From contig OZ253470.1 of NCBI GenBank assembly GCA_965261735.1, positions 2,208,001 through 2,272,000 on the forward strand: 64,000 nt of DNA, given 5' to 3'. A program made the position numbers and the translations under genes. The stretch's first letter is position 1. The number at the start of each line of letters is the position of its first letter. Positions 8,885 to 21,806 of this stretch are shown here, in pieces. The notes beneath the pieces are model-generated. The model saw only the letters and a list, made by a program, of their open reading frames with translations, had not been told where the DNA came from and made no database searches. The stretch is from Alphaproteobacteria bacterium. GTDB taxonomy: Bacteria; Pseudomonadota; Alphaproteobacteria; SHVV01.

Positions 8885-11403
8885 CGGACCTCGCGCGTGG
8901 CCCCGGCCGCGACGATGCGCAGGGACGCGAAGGGCGAGTCTGCGCGGTCGCTCCGGCGCCTCCCCCTGCGGTGCTCGCCGCGCGTGCGGGGCGAGACTTT
9001 CGGCGCGGCGGCGAATCGAATCGATCCAGCATCCTCGAGGGCGCGATATCCCAGCGCCGCCAGGATCGCGGCAAAATCCTCGCTCGGTGCTCCGACCAGC
9101 GAAAGCAGCTCCGGCGTTGCGGCAAAGGGGCCGCGCCGCGCCAGCCGCCGCGCCTCACTGGCGAGCCGCTCGAGCATGTCGACGCGAACCGCGCGCCCGC
9201 CCGCGGGCCGGAACCCGGCGGCTTCGTAGAACCCGTCGGCCACGCCCGCGACGCGCGGCACCGAGACGAGGCCGGCCCGCGGCGGCTCCGACGTCTCGCG
9301 GCCTTGATGGGCGGCCCAGGCGATGCAGGCCGCCTGCCGGCGCTCGGGCTTGAGCATGGCCGGGACGTAAACGCTGACCTCGCCGAAGCGGACGCCGAGG
9401 CGGCGTAGCGCCGCGCGCTCGGGCCCGCCCAAGTCCTTCGCCTGCGCCGCGACCTCGTGGCGCGCCAGGGCGCCGAACGCCTCGCTGAGATGGTAGGCGA
9501 GCCCCTTCGCCGCACCTTCGAGCCGGTTCTCGCGCAGCCGCAACAGGGGTGCGAAGGCGCGCGCCAGGTGGCCGTCGAGCCACTCCTGCAGGCGGCGGCG
9601 CACGCGCTCGCGCAAGCCCGCGTCGACCAGGTCGTTGGGCAGCGGGGCGACGCGCGGCTTGAGGGGATCGCGCCTGCCCATCAGGGTTGCCACCGGCCAG
9701 CCGCGCCAGCACAGCCGGCCCTCGGCCGACAGCGTGAAGGCCTCCGCCCCATCCTCGACCAGGAGCCGGGCATGCCCATTCGCGGCGCCGCCGAGGGCCC
9801 GGTTCGCGGCGCGACGCAAGGTGCCGCCGGCGGGTCCGGCCGCCGTCGGATCGGGAACGAAGCGCAGTCCCTCCAGCCGCCCGACGGTCACGCCGGCGAC
9901 CACCACCTCACCGTCGTCGGCGACCACCGCGTCGGGTCCCGACTTGTCTTCGAGGCGGCGCGCCAGCACGGCTGTCCGGCGGTCGAAGAAACGCTGTGTC
10001 AGGCGCTGGTGGAGCGCGTCCGAGAGCTTGTCCTCGATGGCCCGGGCCCGTTCCTGCCAGTGGCGCGCGTTGGCGACCCACTCGGCGCAGTGCGATACGT
10101 AGGTCCAGGTCCGAACGTGGGCGATGCGGGCGGCGAGCGAATCGATGTCGCCGTCGGTGCGGTCGAGGCGGGCGAGGTGAGCCGCGACCCAGTCAGTCGG
10201 CAGGACGCCTTCGGGCGCCATCAGATGGCGGTAGATCTGGCCGAGCAGGCGGGCATGGGCCTCGGCCATGGTCTTGCGGAAATCGGGAACGCGGCACACC
10301 TCCCATAGCAGGCGCACGGCGGCCGGGGAGCGTGCCAGGCCGGCGATGTCGGCCTCGTTGCTGAGCGCCTGCAGCGCCGCCTGGTCGTCGGCGGCGCGCG
10401 GCCGTACGAGATGGCGCGCGGGCGGCGGCGCATCGAGGCTGCGAAACAGGCGCGGCAGGGAGCGGAAGTCGAGGTCGGCGTTGCGCCAGTAGAGCGACTT
10501 GAGATTCTCGAACTCGTGCGACTCGACGCAGGCGACGATGGCCTCGTCGAGCGGCCCGGCGTCGGAGGTCGTGCCGAAGGTGCCGTCGCTCATGTGGCGC
10601 CCGGCGCGGCCCGCAATCTGTGCGATCTCGGCCGCCCCGAGGCGGCGCATGGCGCGACCGTCGTACTTGCGCAGGCTGGCGAAGGCGACGTGATCGATCG
10701 CCATGTTGAGCCCCATGCCGATGGCATCGGTGGCCACGAGGTAGTCGACCTCGCCGGACTCGAACAGCGCCACCTGGGCGTTGCGCGTGCGCGGGCTGAG
10801 CGCGCCGAGCACGACGGCGGCACCCCCGCGCTGACGGCGCACCTGCTCGGCGATGGCGTAGACCTCGGCCGCGGAGAAGGTGACGATGGCGCTGTGCGGC
10901 CCGAGGCGGCTGAGCTTGCGGCTTCCCGCATGGCTGAGCCGCGAGAAGCGCGGCCGGCTGATGAATTCGGCCTCGGGCACGAGGCGGCGGATGAGGCTGC
11001 GGATGGTGGCGGCGCCGAGGAACATCGTCTCCTGGGTGCCGCGCGCGCGCAGCAGCCGGTCGGTGAAGACGTGGCCGCGCTCGGGGTCGGCGGCGAGCTG
11101 GATTTCGTCGACGGCGACGAACGCGGCGCTGTGGTCGAGCGGCATCGATTCCACCGTGCACACGAAATAGGACGGGTGCGCGGGGACGATTTTTTCCTCG
11201 CCCGTGATGAGCGCGACCTGGCCCGGGCTCTTCAGCGCCACGACGCGGTCATAGACCTCGCGCGCGAGCAGCCGCAGCGGCAGCCCGATGACACCGCTGC
11301 GGTGCGCGAGCATGCGCTCGACCGCGAGGTGGGTCTTGCCAGTGTTGGTCGGCCCGAGGACCGCGGTGATCCGGGCCCCAAGGGGCCGGTTGCGCTGCGC
11401 CAT
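8881..11403 (-). CDS. Suv3/MgpS-like SF2 helicase
   Basis: GPTNTGKT Walker A, DEIQ, VATDAIGMGLN and QIAGRAGR. Confidence 0.93.
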   Translation of the reverse strand: MAQRNRPLGARITAVLGPTNTGKTHLAVERMLAHRSGVIGLPLRLLAREVYDRVVALKSPGQVALITGEEKIVPAHPSYFVCTVESMPLDHSAAFVAVDEIQLAADPERGHVFTDRLLRARGTQETMFLGAATIRSLIRRLVPEAEFISRPRFSRLSHAGSRKLSRLGPHSAIVTFSAAEVYAIAEQVRRQRGGAAVVLGALSPRTRNAQVALFESGEVDYLVATDAIGMGLNMAIDHVAFASLRKYDGRAMRRLGAAEIAQIAGRAGRHMSDGTFGTTSDAGPLDEAIVACVESHEFENLKSLYWRNADLDFRSLPRLFRSLDAPPPARHLVRPRAADDQAALQALSNEADIAGLARSPAAVRLLWEVCRVPDFRKTMAEAHARLLGQIYRHLMAPEGVLPTDWVAAHLARLDRTDGDIDSLAARIAHVRTWTYVSHCAEWVANARHWQERARAIEDKLSDALHQRLTQRFFDRRTAVLARRLEDKSGPDAVVADDGEVVVAGVTVGRLEGLRFVPDPTAAGPAGGTLRRAANRALGGAANGHARLLVEDGAEAFTLSAEGRLCWRGWPVATLMGRRDPLKPRVAPLPNDLVDAGLRERVRRRLQEWLDGHLARAFAPLLRLRENRLEGAAKGLAYHLSEAFGALARHEVAAQAKDLGGPERAALRRLGVRFGEVSVYVPAMLKPERRQAACIAWAAHQGRETSEPPRAGLVSVPRVAGVADGFYEAAGFRPAGGRAVRVDMLERLASEARRLARRGPFAATPELLSLVGAPSEDFAAILAALGYRALEDAGSIRFAAAPKVSPRTRGEHRRGRRRSDRADSPFASLRIVAAGATREVR

Positions 11404-11473
11404 GCCAGCGCCAACAATCAGGGCTTACCCGGTGCTTGGCAAGCGAATGTTGGCAATGGGGCGACAACGCCGC

Positions 11474-11860
11474 CTACGGCGCCTCGACGTTGGTTTCGAT
11501 CCAACGCGCCAATTCCGCCTCCTCGATCTGGCCGCCTGCGAGATCGCGCATGACCGCCACCGCCTCGACCTCGGGGGCGATGATCTCGTAGCCGTTCAGT
11601 TGCAGGAAAACGTCGGCGGCGGCGAGACCGATGCGTTTGTTGCCGTCGACGAAGGGGTGGTTGCGGACGAGCCCGTAGGCGTACGCCGCCGCGAGCTGGA
11701 CCAGGCTTGGGTCGCCATAGGCGAGCAGGTTTTGGGGTCTCGCCAGCGCCGAAGCGAGCAGGCCAGCATCGCGCACCCCGCCAAGTCCGCCATACGTCAC
11801 GATGAGCTCGTCTTGGAGCGCGCGGACGGTGTCCTCGGTGAGCCAGACCGGGTCGCTCAC
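11474..11860 (-). CDS. doc: Death-on-curing (Fic/Doc) family toxin
   Basis: NHPFVDGNKR Doc motif; overlaps the antitoxin stop codon. Confidence 0.92.
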   Translation of the reverse strand: MSDPVWLTEDTVRALQDELIVTYGGLGGVRDAGLLASALARPQNLLAYGDPSLVQLAAAYAYGLVRNHPFVDGNKRIGLAAADVFLQLNGYEIIAPEVEAVAVMRDLAGGQIEEAELARWIETNVEAP

Positions 11861-12087
11861 TTGGCCAATTCGCGGAACGCGTTGCGGTATTTCTTGGTGG
11901 TTCTTTCAAAGGCCCTCATCGCTTTGACGAAGGTCTCGTCGTAGGGGGTCACGCGAAATCCGTCGGGCGCGCTGGTGAGGACGAACAGATCGCCCTCGCC
12001 GACCTTGAGTTCCTTGAGGGCATCTCTGGGCAGCGTCACGCCGAGCGAGTTGCCGATGCGGCGAACCTTGAGGGTATAGCTGGACAT
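11857..12087 (-). CDS. AbrB/MazE/SpoVT family antitoxin
   Basis: LKVRRIGNSLGVTLP...YRNAFRELAK, directly upstream of doc. Confidence 0.9.
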   Translation of the reverse strand: MSSYTLKVRRIGNSLGVTLPRDALKELKVGEGDLFVLTSAPDGFRVTPYDETFVKAMRAFERTTKKYRNAFRELAK

Positions 12088-12116
12088 GGCCGGTCTCCGG
12101 TGGTGAGAGTACGAAC

Positions 12117-12124
12117 GTTATAAC
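12117..12124. promoter_or_regulatory. Palindrome GTTATAAC, candidate autoregulatory operator of the TA operon
   Basis: Perfect 8-bp AT-rich palindrome 30 bp upstream of the antitoxin start. Confidence 0.35.
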
Positions 12125-12143
12125 AATGATTTGGTGTCACCGA

Positions 12144-12171
12144 TAGGGTCGGGTTTGAAGCCCGACCCTAC
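12144..12171 (-). repeat. GTAG-type REP-like palindrome
   Basis: Minus strand reads GTAGGGTCGGGCTTCAAACCCGACCCTA: GTAG tetranucleotide plus a 10-bp perfect stem. Confidence 0.6.
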
Positions 12172-12270
12172 GAACGGCATCCGGGGTCTGCGGCCGGCGG
12201 CCGGGCCGCGTTGACAGGCTCGGACCCACTTTCCATACTTCGTTGCTTACGTAGGGACAAAGGAGCAGTC

Positions 12271-14478
<2,208 letters not shown>

Positions 14479-14496
14479 CGCAAACCGCTGGTCTGT

Positions 14497-14880
14497 CTAA
14501 GCGGCCGCGGGCGGTGCGCCGCCTTCGTCGGGGGCCGCATCGGTTCCGCTCTTGCGCCGGCGCGGGCGCGACCGCTTCGCGCTCTTGGTGGCCGCGGGCG
14601 TCGATTCCGCGCTCGGCCAGGGGCCGAACGGGTAGGGCATGTCCTCGCTGGCGAAGGTCAGGAACACGATGATCTCGCGGACGTAGCTGGCGAGGCTGTG
14701 GCCGAGCTCGCCGAGCCTGTCGAGCGCATGGCCCGTCAGCAGCTTGAACAAGAACTGCACGACGACGATGACCCCGATCACGAACTCGGCGATGTTGAAC
14801 ACCACCACGAACAGGATCATGTAAAGGAGCCGCAACCACGTACTCCGGTCGGCCAGGTTTTCCCGCGTGTCGCCGCTCAT
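14497..14880 (-). CDS. DUF4389-like membrane protein
   Basis: WLRLLYMILF...VQFLFKLLTG...FLTFASEDMPYPF. Confidence 0.8.
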   Translation of the reverse strand: MSGDTRENLADRSTWLRLLYMILFVVVFNIAEFVIGVIVVVQFLFKLLTGHALDRLGELGHSLASYVREIIVFLTFASEDMPYPFGPWPSAESTPAATKSAKRSRPRRRKSGTDAAPDEGGAPPAAA

Positions 14881-14978
14881 GATCGCCGTTCCCCCGTCGC
14901 TTTCGCGCCTTCCCTCATTAAGTGGTCATTTTGGTACGCACCGCAAGCCGGCACGCCCCGGCGGGTGCTTCCGCCGCG

Positions 14979-15659
14979 CTACTCGCTGAGTCGCGAGATG
15001 GTCTTGGGATCGCGCAACTCCCGGAGCGCATCGCGCGCGATCCAACGGGCGGCCGCGGGCTCGCGCGCCGCAATCCGCTCCGCCGCCTCGATGGCAGCAA
15101 GACGGAGGGCCCCGTTGCGCTTGCCGATCTGGCGCAGCGCCCAGTTGACCGATTTCTTGACGAAATTGCGCCCGTCCTCGGCGCCGTTCTCGATGAGCGC
15201 CAGGTAGGCGAGGAAGCGGGCGTCGGGCGCCTCCTTGTCGTGCACCGCGAGGACCGCGATCAGGCTATACCCGGCGCGCTTGACGAACTCGCGCGCATCG
15301 CCCGCCCAGGCGCGTGCGGCCTCGTGCGCCAAGGGCGATCGCCGGAAAAGGTTGGTACAGCACTGGTCGCACACGTCCCACGAATCGAAGTCCGCGACCC
15401 ACCTGTCCATCTCATCGCGGGTGAGCTTCGCCGGCTCGGCGATCATCGAGGCCAGCAGGTAGCCCTCGTGGATGCCGGTGGCCCAGAGCTTGTGCGCAAG
15501 TTCGTGGTCGCGGCCCAATCGCCTGGCGAGGGCGCGCAGGACCGGAATCTTGACGCCATAGGCGTGCGCCACATTGATGCCGAAGCGCCCCATTCCGGCG
15601 AGGTCTTCCGGTTTTGCCTTGTTGGCGTCGAACTCGGCAATGATGTCGGCGATGTCCAT
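14979..15659 (-). CDS. DNA alkylation repair protein (AlkD-like HEAT repeat)
   Basis: GVKIPVLR, DSWDVCD and FVKKSVNWALRQIGK. Confidence 0.87.
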   Translation of the reverse strand: MDIADIIAEFDANKAKPEDLAGMGRFGINVAHAYGVKIPVLRALARRLGRDHELAHKLWATGIHEGYLLASMIAEPAKLTRDEMDRWVADFDSWDVCDQCCTNLFRRSPLAHEAARAWAGDAREFVKRAGYSLIAVLAVHDKEAPDARFLAYLALIENGAEDGRNFVKKSVNWALRQIGKRNGALRLAAIEAAERIAAREPAAARWIARDALRELRDPKTISRLSE

Positions 15660-15762
15660 CGCAGGCTTGGCGCCGTTGTCCCTTCGGCGTGGCGGCCTCG
15701 AGCGAGAGCCGGTACACTCGGCTGGCCTGTGCTTGGCGCCGGCGACAGCGAGAATAGCGCGA

Positions 15763-16107
15763 ATGGCGAAGGGCTTCCTGCGTAGTCTTTTGAGCCCAGG
15801 GAAGGACGCGAAGGCGGCCCCGAAACCGGCGTCGCGGGCCGATCCCGCTGCGGCCGGCGTGGCGCCGGCAGAGGCGCCGCCCGCGGCTCCGGCGAGCGAA
15901 GCGCCTGAAGTGCAAGCGACGCCGCCGGAGCCCGCCCCGGCGCAGGGCATATGGCCCATGACGCCCGAGCGCCGCAAGCTGTTCGACGAGCTGATGAGCC
16001 AACGCGCCAAGATCCTCGCCAACATCCCGAAGAGCAGCCGGCGCCGGCTGACCGCGCTCGTCGAGGCGCAATTGGGGATCCGTACCCAGGACCGCGATGG
16101 CGACTAG
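15763..16107 (+). CDS. Hypothetical Pro/Ala-rich protein upstream of meaB
   Basis: ORF with host-like codon usage overlapping the meaB start; MTPERRKLF motif. Confidence 0.55.
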   Translation: MAKGFLRSLLSPGKDAKAAPKPASRADPAAAGVAPAEAPPAAPASEAPEVQATPPEPAPAQGIWPMTPERRKLFDELMSQRAKILANIPKSSRRRLTALVEAQLGIRTQDRDGD

Positions 16108-17131
16108 CGCGGCGCGCGTCGCCCGACCGGCCACCGCCAAGGGCGATACCGCGGCGCTCGCGCGCGATGTCGTCGCCGGCGATCGGCGCGCGCTGGCACG
16201 CGCAATCACGCTCGTCGAATCGGCTCGTGCCCAGGACCACGAGCGCCGCGCCGCCCTGCTCGCGCGCCTACTGCCCGATAGCGGCGGCGCCGTTCGCTTG
16301 GGCATCAGCGGCCCGCCGGGCGCTGGCAAGTCGACCTTCATCGAGGCGCTCGGCATGCACCTGATCGATTCCGGCCGGCGCGTCGCCGTGCTCGCCGTCG
16401 ATCCGTCGTCGCGCCGCTCGGGCGGCTCGATCCTGGGCGACAAGACGCGCATGACGGAGCTCGCGCGTCACGCCCACGCGTTCGTGCGCCCCTCGCCCTC
16501 GGGCGGCGCGCTCGGCGGCGTCGCCCGGCGCACGCGCGAGGCCCTGCTCCTGTGCGAGGCCGCCGGCTTCGACGTCGTCATCGTCGAGACGGTCGGGGTC
16601 GGCCAGTCGGAGACCGCGGTTGCCGACATGACCGATCTGTTCCTGCTGCTGCTCGCGCCGGGCGGGGGCGACGAGCTGCAGGGCCTGAAGCGCGGCATCA
16701 TCGAGCGCGCCGAGCTGATCGTCGTTAACAAGACCGACGGCGACCTCCTCGGTGCGGCGCGTCACGTCGCCGCCGGCTATCAGGCCGCTCTCACGCTGCT
16801 CCGGCCGCCCTCGCCCCACTGGACACCCAAGGTGCTGCTGTGCTCGGCCCTGACCGGGGACGGCCTCGCCGAGACCTGGGCGGCGGTGAGCGAGCACGCG
16901 TCCGCGCTCGGCGAGAGCGGCGAGATGGCGGCGCGGCGCGCGGAGCAGGCGGCGAGCTGGATGTGGAGCGAGGTCACCGACACCCTGATCGAGCAGCTGC
17001 GCCACGATACGCGCACGCGCGCGCTCGTCCCCGACCTCGAGCGCAAGGTGCGGGCCGGTGCGATGACCCCAGGCGCGGCCGCGGAGGCGCTGGTCGATAG
17101 CTTTCGCCGGCAGGACGAGCCTGGCGCTTGA
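16097..17131 (+). CDS. meaB: Methylmalonyl-CoA mutase-associated GTPase MeaB
   Basis: [15 protein letters not shown]...[20 protein letters not shown] and NKTD. Confidence 0.96.
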   Translation: MATSAARVARPATAKGDTAALARDVVAGDRRALARAITLVESARAQDHERRAALLARLLPDSGGAVRLGISGPPGAGKSTFIEALGMHLIDSGRRVAVLAVDPSSRRSGGSILGDKTRMTELARHAHAFVRPSPSGGALGGVARRTREALLLCEAAGFDVVIVETVGVGQSETAVADMTDLFLLLLAPGGGDELQGLKRGIIERAELIVVNKTDGDLLGAARHVAAGYQAALTLLRPPSPHWTPKVLLCSALTGDGLAETWAAVSEHASALGESGEMAARRAEQAASWMWSEVTDTLIEQLRHDTRTRALVPDLERKVRAGAMTPGAAAEALVDSFRRQDEPGA

Positions 17132-17207
17132 CGCCCGGCCGGGGCTCACCTAAAAGACGCGCGGCCGGCCGGGCCACCGGCGGCGCAGGTTAGAGAGGCG
17201 GATAAGC

Positions 17208-17504
17208 ATGGCGCGACGCTGCGAGCTCACCGGCAAGGGCGTGCTGGCCGGCAACAATGTGAGCCATGCCCACAACAAGTCGCGCCGGCGCTTTCTCCCC
17301 AACCTGCAGGATGTGACGCTGCTGAGCGACGTGCTCGACCGCCGCGTCAGCCTGCGCGTCTCGGCCGCCGGCCTGCGCGCGGTCGAGCATGCGGGCGGGC
17401 TCGACAAGTTCCTCATCAAGAGGAGCGAGGCCGACCTGTCGCTGCGGGTGCGCCGCCTCAAGCGCGAGATCGGCAAGGCCACGGCGGCGCAGCCGCAGGC
17501 CTAG
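17208..17504 (+). CDS. rpmB: 50S ribosomal protein L28
   Basis: [10 protein letters not shown]...[19 protein letters not shown]. Confidence 0.97.
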   Translation: MARRCELTGKGVLAGNNVSHAHNKSRRRFLPNLQDVTLLSDVLDRRVSLRVSAAGLRAVEHAGGLDKFLIKRSEADLSLRVRRLKREIGKATAAQPQA

Positions 17505-17514
17505 GACTCAGACC

Positions 17515-18240
17515 CTAATCCGAGAGCGAGAGCGGGTTGAAGCGGGTTTCGGTGTCGTAGACGTCGAGGCCCTCGCGGCGCTTGAGAAAATTGACCACGC
17601 CGTAGGTCAGCGGTGTCGCTACCGCCTCGTAAGCCGACTTGGCGAGCCACTGTGTGATGATCGCCGTCGCCAGCGCGCCGGGCGGGATAATCCCGGCGAA
17701 GGCCACGGTGATGAAGATCGCTGAATCGAGCCCCTGGCCGACCAGCGTCGAGCCGATGGTGCGAGCCCACAGCCAGCGCCCCCCGGTGGCGATCTTCATC
17801 TTGGCGAGCACGATGGCGTTGGCGAATTCGCCGACCAGGTAGGCGAGGAACGAGGCCAGCAGGATGCGCGGCACGGCGCCGAGGATCTGCTCGTAGGCCT
17901 CCTGGGCGTGCCAGAACGGCGCCGCCGGCAACAAGCCGCCGATCCAAATGGCGGCGACCACGACGAGGTTGGCGAGAAAGCCGAACCAGATCACGCGTCG
18001 CGCCCGGCGGTAGCCGTAGACCTCGGTGAATACGTCGCCGAGGATGTAGCTGATGGGGAAGATGACGATCGCCGCCGGCACGATGAGCCCGGCCACGGCG
18101 ACGAGCTTGACCGCGGTGATGTTGGCCGCGATCAGCGCGGCGATAAAGATTGCGACGAGGAGGAGAAACCACGGCGAGGCGCCGTCCGACGCATCGGCCG
18201 CCGCCGGGCGCCCCTCCTTGCCGCTGTCAGCCCGGGTCAT
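17515..18240 (-). CDS. Queuosine precursor transporter (YhhQ/VUT family)
   Basis: [17 protein letters not shown] and [14 protein letters not shown]; divergent from queF. Confidence 0.9.
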   Translation of the reverse strand: MTRADSGKEGRPAAADASDGASPWFLLLVAIFIAALIAANITAVKLVAVAGLIVPAAIVIFPISYILGDVFTEVYGYRRARRVIWFGFLANLVVVAAIWIGGLLPAAPFWHAQEAYEQILGAVPRILLASFLAYLVGEFANAIVLAKMKIATGGRWLWARTIGSTLVGQGLDSAIFITVAFAGIIPPGALATAIITQWLAKSAYEAVATPLTYGVVNFLKRREGLDVYDTETRFNPLSLSD

Positions 18241-18293
18241 CGGTGTACTATAGCGGCCTTCGCGGGCATCGCGGCAGCGACGAGGAGGAGCGG

Positions 18294-18746
18294 GTGTCAG
18301 ACGGCGAACCGGTGCTCGGGCGCAAAGCGGCGCTGCCGGACTCACCCGAGGCGGCGGTGTTGGACAAGGTCGCCAACCCGCATCGGGGCACGCCTTACGC
18401 GGTGCGCTTCACGGCTCCTGAGTTCACGACGCTGTGCCCGATTACCGGCCAGCCCGACTTCGCGCATCTCGTGATCGACTACGTGCCCGATGCCCACCTC
18501 ATCGAGAGCAAGTCGCTCAAGCTCTATCTCGGGTCCTTCCGCAACTACGGCCATTTCCACGAAGCCTGCACGGTGGGCATCGCGCGGCGCTTGGTGGACG
18601 AGCTCGCGCCGCACTGGCTGCGCATCGGCGGCTACTGGTACCCGCGCGGCGGCATGCCGATCGACATCTTCTACCAGACGGGCGCGCCGCCCCCGGACCT
18701 GTGGATCCCCGACCCCGGCGTCGCCCCCTACCGCGGCCGCGGTTAG
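18294..18746 (+). CDS. queF: NADPH-dependent preQ0 reductase QueF (type I)
   Basis: [27 protein letters not shown] and YPRGG; GTG start after GAGGAG. Confidence 0.96.
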   Translation: MSDGEPVLGRKAALPDSPEAAVLDKVANPHRGTPYAVRFTAPEFTTLCPITGQPDFAHLVIDYVPDAHLIESKSLKLYLGSFRNYGHFHEACTVGIARRLVDELAPHWLRIGGYWYPRGGMPIDIFYQTGAPPPDLWIPDPGVAPYRGRG

Positions 18747-19253
18747 GTCGAGCAGCGTAGTTCGCCGGTGTCCGAGCGTTGTTGATTCAGTTCGTACCGC
18801 CCCAGAGATTCAGGTCGGTACGAGCAAGTGAGAAGGAAACCTCGGAAGATGAGCGGCTCCAGTTTTGCATCGGTATCAACCTCAGCGTCGGCAGGCCACA
18901 ACGACGCTTGCGCAAGCGGGCCCCGCCTCGCGCTGGGCTTGTCCCTCAGAAAACATTCGCACTGTAAAGTTTCCCAACAGTTCTTGCGGGCGCCCCTCCA
19001 GCGTTAAGTGTTTAAATGATCTCAACGGGTTACGCTTGAACTTTCGCTGGCTCAGCGGCCGGCGGACTGTCAGGATTCCTGACACTCGCCTGTCCATGGC
19101 GCCCCCCCCCATGAATCGTTAACCTATTGAAATACTTCATGGTTTCCTGGAGGTCCCAAACTTGCGTGACAAGTGGCGGCGTCAACCCGGGGTGTGTCGC
19201 GACGTGAAACGCTGGATTTGCTCGGCATGGACTAGCCAGTGTCGGTTGCCATT

Positions 19254-19403
19254 ATGAATCAATTACTTAAGCAGGCCTTACTCGTCGGCGCGCTCGGCGT
19301 GCTGGTCGTTTCGCCCGCGAAAGCGATACCAATAACCACGCCGACGGACCTTAGCTTCGGTGATCAATATCGGCTGGCCTTCGTAACGACCGACACCCGA
19401 AAC
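19254..19403 (+). pseudogene. 5' fragment of a secreted (PEP-CTERM-type) protein truncated by IS256
   Basis: Signal peptide ending AKA, then PTDLSFGDQYRLAFVT, a motif I recall from PEP-CTERM surface proteins; cut at the IS end at 19404. Confidence 0.5.
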
Positions 19404-20852
19404 GGTCGTGTCCCAGGACGTGGTGTAGGAGTTGTTGGAGCCTCTGGTAGCTGTGGATAGGCGGCTTGCCGTAGCGACCGCCGAGAGTCTGGCGTAGGCA
19501 AGCCGGCTATCCACAGCGGAGGCCATCGCGGTTCCGGTTTAGGGTTGGGCTAGTGCAAACCAACCTGACCCGAAGGAGAACCACGATTACCCAGGACATG
19601 ATGACCCTGCGCGCGCTTTTGGAGAAGAGCTCCGATGCCGATCTGCTTCGCGAGATGATCGGCTTCACGGCCGAGCGGCTGATGGCACTGGAGGTTGAGG
19701 GCCTGACCGGCGCCGGGCACGGCGAGCGCTCGGCGGATCGTATCACCCATCGCAACGGCTACCGCGACCGGTCCTGGGAGACGCGGGCCGGCACGGTCGA
19801 GCTGAAGATCCCGAAGCTGAGGAAGGGAAGCTACTTCCCGGGCTTCCTGGAGCCGCGGCGGATGGCCGAGAAGGCGCTGGCTGCGGTGATCCAGGAGGCC
19901 TACATCCAGGGGGTGTCGACCCGCTCGGTCGACGATCTGGTTCAGGCGATGGGGATGTCGGGCGCCTCCAAGAGCCAGGTCTCCAGGCTGTGCGGCGAGA
20001 TCGACGATAAGGTCACCGGCTTCCTCGATCGACCGCTGGAGGGCGACTGGCCCTATCTGTGGCTCGACGCCACCTACGTGAAGGTGCGCCAGACCGGACG
20101 CATCGTCTCGGTCGCGGTGACCGTGGCTGTGGCCGTCAACGACCAAGGCCGCCGCGAGGTCCTGGGCGTGGCGATCGGCGCGTCGGAGGCCGAGACCTTC
20201 TGGACCGAGTTCCTGCGCTCGCTGGCCCGGCGCGGGCTGCGCGGCGTGAAGCTGGTGATCTCCGACGACCACAAGGGCCTGAAGGCCGCCGCGACCCGGA
20301 TCCTCGGCGCCACATGGCAGCGCTGCCGCGTGCACTTCGCCCGCAACCTGCTGGCCCATGCCGGCCGCCAGGGCCGGCGCGTCGTCTCCGCCTTCGTCGC
20401 CACCGCCTTCGCCCAGGAGGACGCCGACAGCGCGAAGGTCCAGTGGCGCCAGGTCGCCGACCAGCTCAGGCCCAAGGTGCCCAAGCTGGCAGTTCTCATG
20501 GACGAAGCCGAGCACGACGTCCTCGCCTACATGAGCTTCCCCAGGGAGCACCGCCAGAAATTGCACTCCACAAACCCGATCGAACGGCTCCATGCCGAGG
20601 TCAAGCGTCGCACCAACGTCGTCGGTATCTTTCCCAACGAAGCCGCCATCACACGGCTCGTCGGCGCCATCCTTCTCGAGCAGAACGACGAGTGGGCCGT
20701 CTCAAGGAGATACATGACGCTGGAATCCATCGCTCCGCTGAGCGATGGTGTCCCCATCACGCTGCCCACCGTGGCAGCCTGAACGTCCCGGCCCTACCCG
20801 CCGGGAGCCGCGTAGAGCGCAACGCTCTTACACCACTCCGCGGGACACGATC
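19404..20852 (+). mobile_element. IS256 family element, type A copy 1 (no TSD)
   Basis: Ends GGTCGTGTCCCAGGACGTGGTGTAGGAG and its imperfect inverse ending ...GGGACACGATC; nearly identical to 39881-41329; flanks CCCGAAAC and TTCCGACC differ. Confidence 0.92.
19553..20782 (+). CDS. IS256 family transposase
   Basis: [28 protein letters not shown] and STNPIER; the first ATG of copy 2 is ATT here, so the true start may be the downstream ATG. Confidence 0.93.
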   Translation: MQTNLTRRRTTITQDMMTLRALLEKSSDADLLREMIGFTAERLMALEVEGLTGAGHGERSADRITHRNGYRDRSWETRAGTVELKIPKLRKGSYFPGFLEPRRMAEKALAAVIQEAYIQGVSTRSVDDLVQAMGMSGASKSQVSRLCGEIDDKVTGFLDRPLEGDWPYLWLDATYVKVRQTGRIVSVAVTVAVAVNDQGRREVLGVAIGASEAETFWTEFLRSLARRGLRGVKLVISDDHKGLKAAATRILGATWQRCRVHFARNLLAHAGRQGRRVVSAFVATAFAQEDADSAKVQWRQVADQLRPKVPKLAVLMDEAEHDVLAYMSFPREHRQKLHSTNPIERLHAEVKRRTNVVGIFPNEAAITRLVGAILLEQNDEWAVSRRYMTLESIAPLSDGVPITLPTVAA

Positions 20853-20853
20853 T

Positions 20854-21393
20854 TCCGACCCGGACGGCACGAGCATTTTTCCATCGGTCGACACGGTGGC
20901 GAAAAAAACCGGCTTGTCCGCGCGCCCGGTGCAACGGCACATGCGGGCGCTCGAACGCGAGGGCGTGTTAGTCCGGGTGGCAAGATCGAGGCGCCACCGG
21001 CCGAACGAATACCGGATAGACCTGCAGGCTTTAGGGGTGTCGCCAGCAACACCCCTAGACGGTTTAGAGGCGTCAGCAGCGACACCCCTTAAGGGGCCTA
21101 GGGGTGTCGCTGCGAGCGTTAGGGGTGTCGCTGCTGACGCTAAGGGGTGTCGCTGGCGGCACCCTACCTACCAGGACCAATCATTTGACCTGCGTAACTC
21201 GCCGCTCGCCTCGCCTGCCGAAGGGCAGGCTCGCGGCGAGACACCGACGCGGGAAGATATCGAAGCTGAGATTGCGAGCTGGCAAGCAGGGCTGGACGAC
21301 CTTGACCTGACCAATCCAAATCAATGCACGCTTGCTACGTTGCCGCGGCGAAAAATCGACGAGTTGCGCGCCAAATTGGAGGACGCCGCATGA
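20854..21393 (+). pseudogene. 3' part of a phage-type HTH replication initiator, 5' end removed by IS256
   Basis: IFPSVDTVAKKTGLSARPVQRHMRALEREG is a winged HTH typical of phage replication proteins; followed by an internal repeat array. Confidence 0.65.
21033..21153. repeat. Iteron-like array AGGGGTGTCGC (candidate replication origin)
   Basis: Direct copies at 21033, 21100, 21121 and 21143; inverted copies at 21079-21089 and about 21046-21056 (one mismatch). Confidence 0.65.
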
Positions 21394-21447
21394 CCGAGGC
21401 CGCGTTCCTAAGTACCGTGCGCGCCATAACCGAAAGGACACCTACCG

Positions 21448-21717
21448 ATGACCGATGAACAGAACAAGCGCCCCTCAATGTCAGCAACAGAAACTGCCGC
21501 CTTGGCTGCGATGCTTTACATCCGAATGGCTGCACGCGATCCGAATAGGCCGGAAAGCCGACACGTCGATTTCCAATTCCCACTCGACGACTGGCGTTTG
21601 CTGTTCGACCGGGCGTTGAACGTCGCGCTAGGGTTTCAAGACAGGGAATCCCTGGAAGATCGGGTGTGCACCGTCACGAAGTGGCTCATAGACGGACATG
21701 ACAAGCAATACCCATAA
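21448..21717 (+). CDS. Hypothetical protein of the phage-like element
   Basis: 89-aa ORF with AAAGGA RBS. Confidence 0.5.
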   Translation: MTDEQNKRPSMSATETAALAAMLYIRMAARDPNRPESRHVDFQFPLDDWRLLFDRALNVALGFQDRESLEDRVCTVTKWLIDGHDKQYP

Positions 21718-21806
21718 CCTGCTCCTGAATGTGCCATGCCTTGTTGACGCCAACGAGGGCGAAGCGGCCACCTTGGACGCGATGATAGCCGACTACCAAG
21801 ACCAGC

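Noticed and set aside
18241-18293. preQ1 riboswitch between the transporter and queF
   Set aside because: The 53-bp intergenic region is GC-rich and lacks the A-rich tail and loop consensus of preQ1 aptamers.
21033-21153. CRISPR array
   Set aside because: Repeats are 11 bp with mixed orientation and mostly ~10-bp gaps; no cas genes; iterons fit better.
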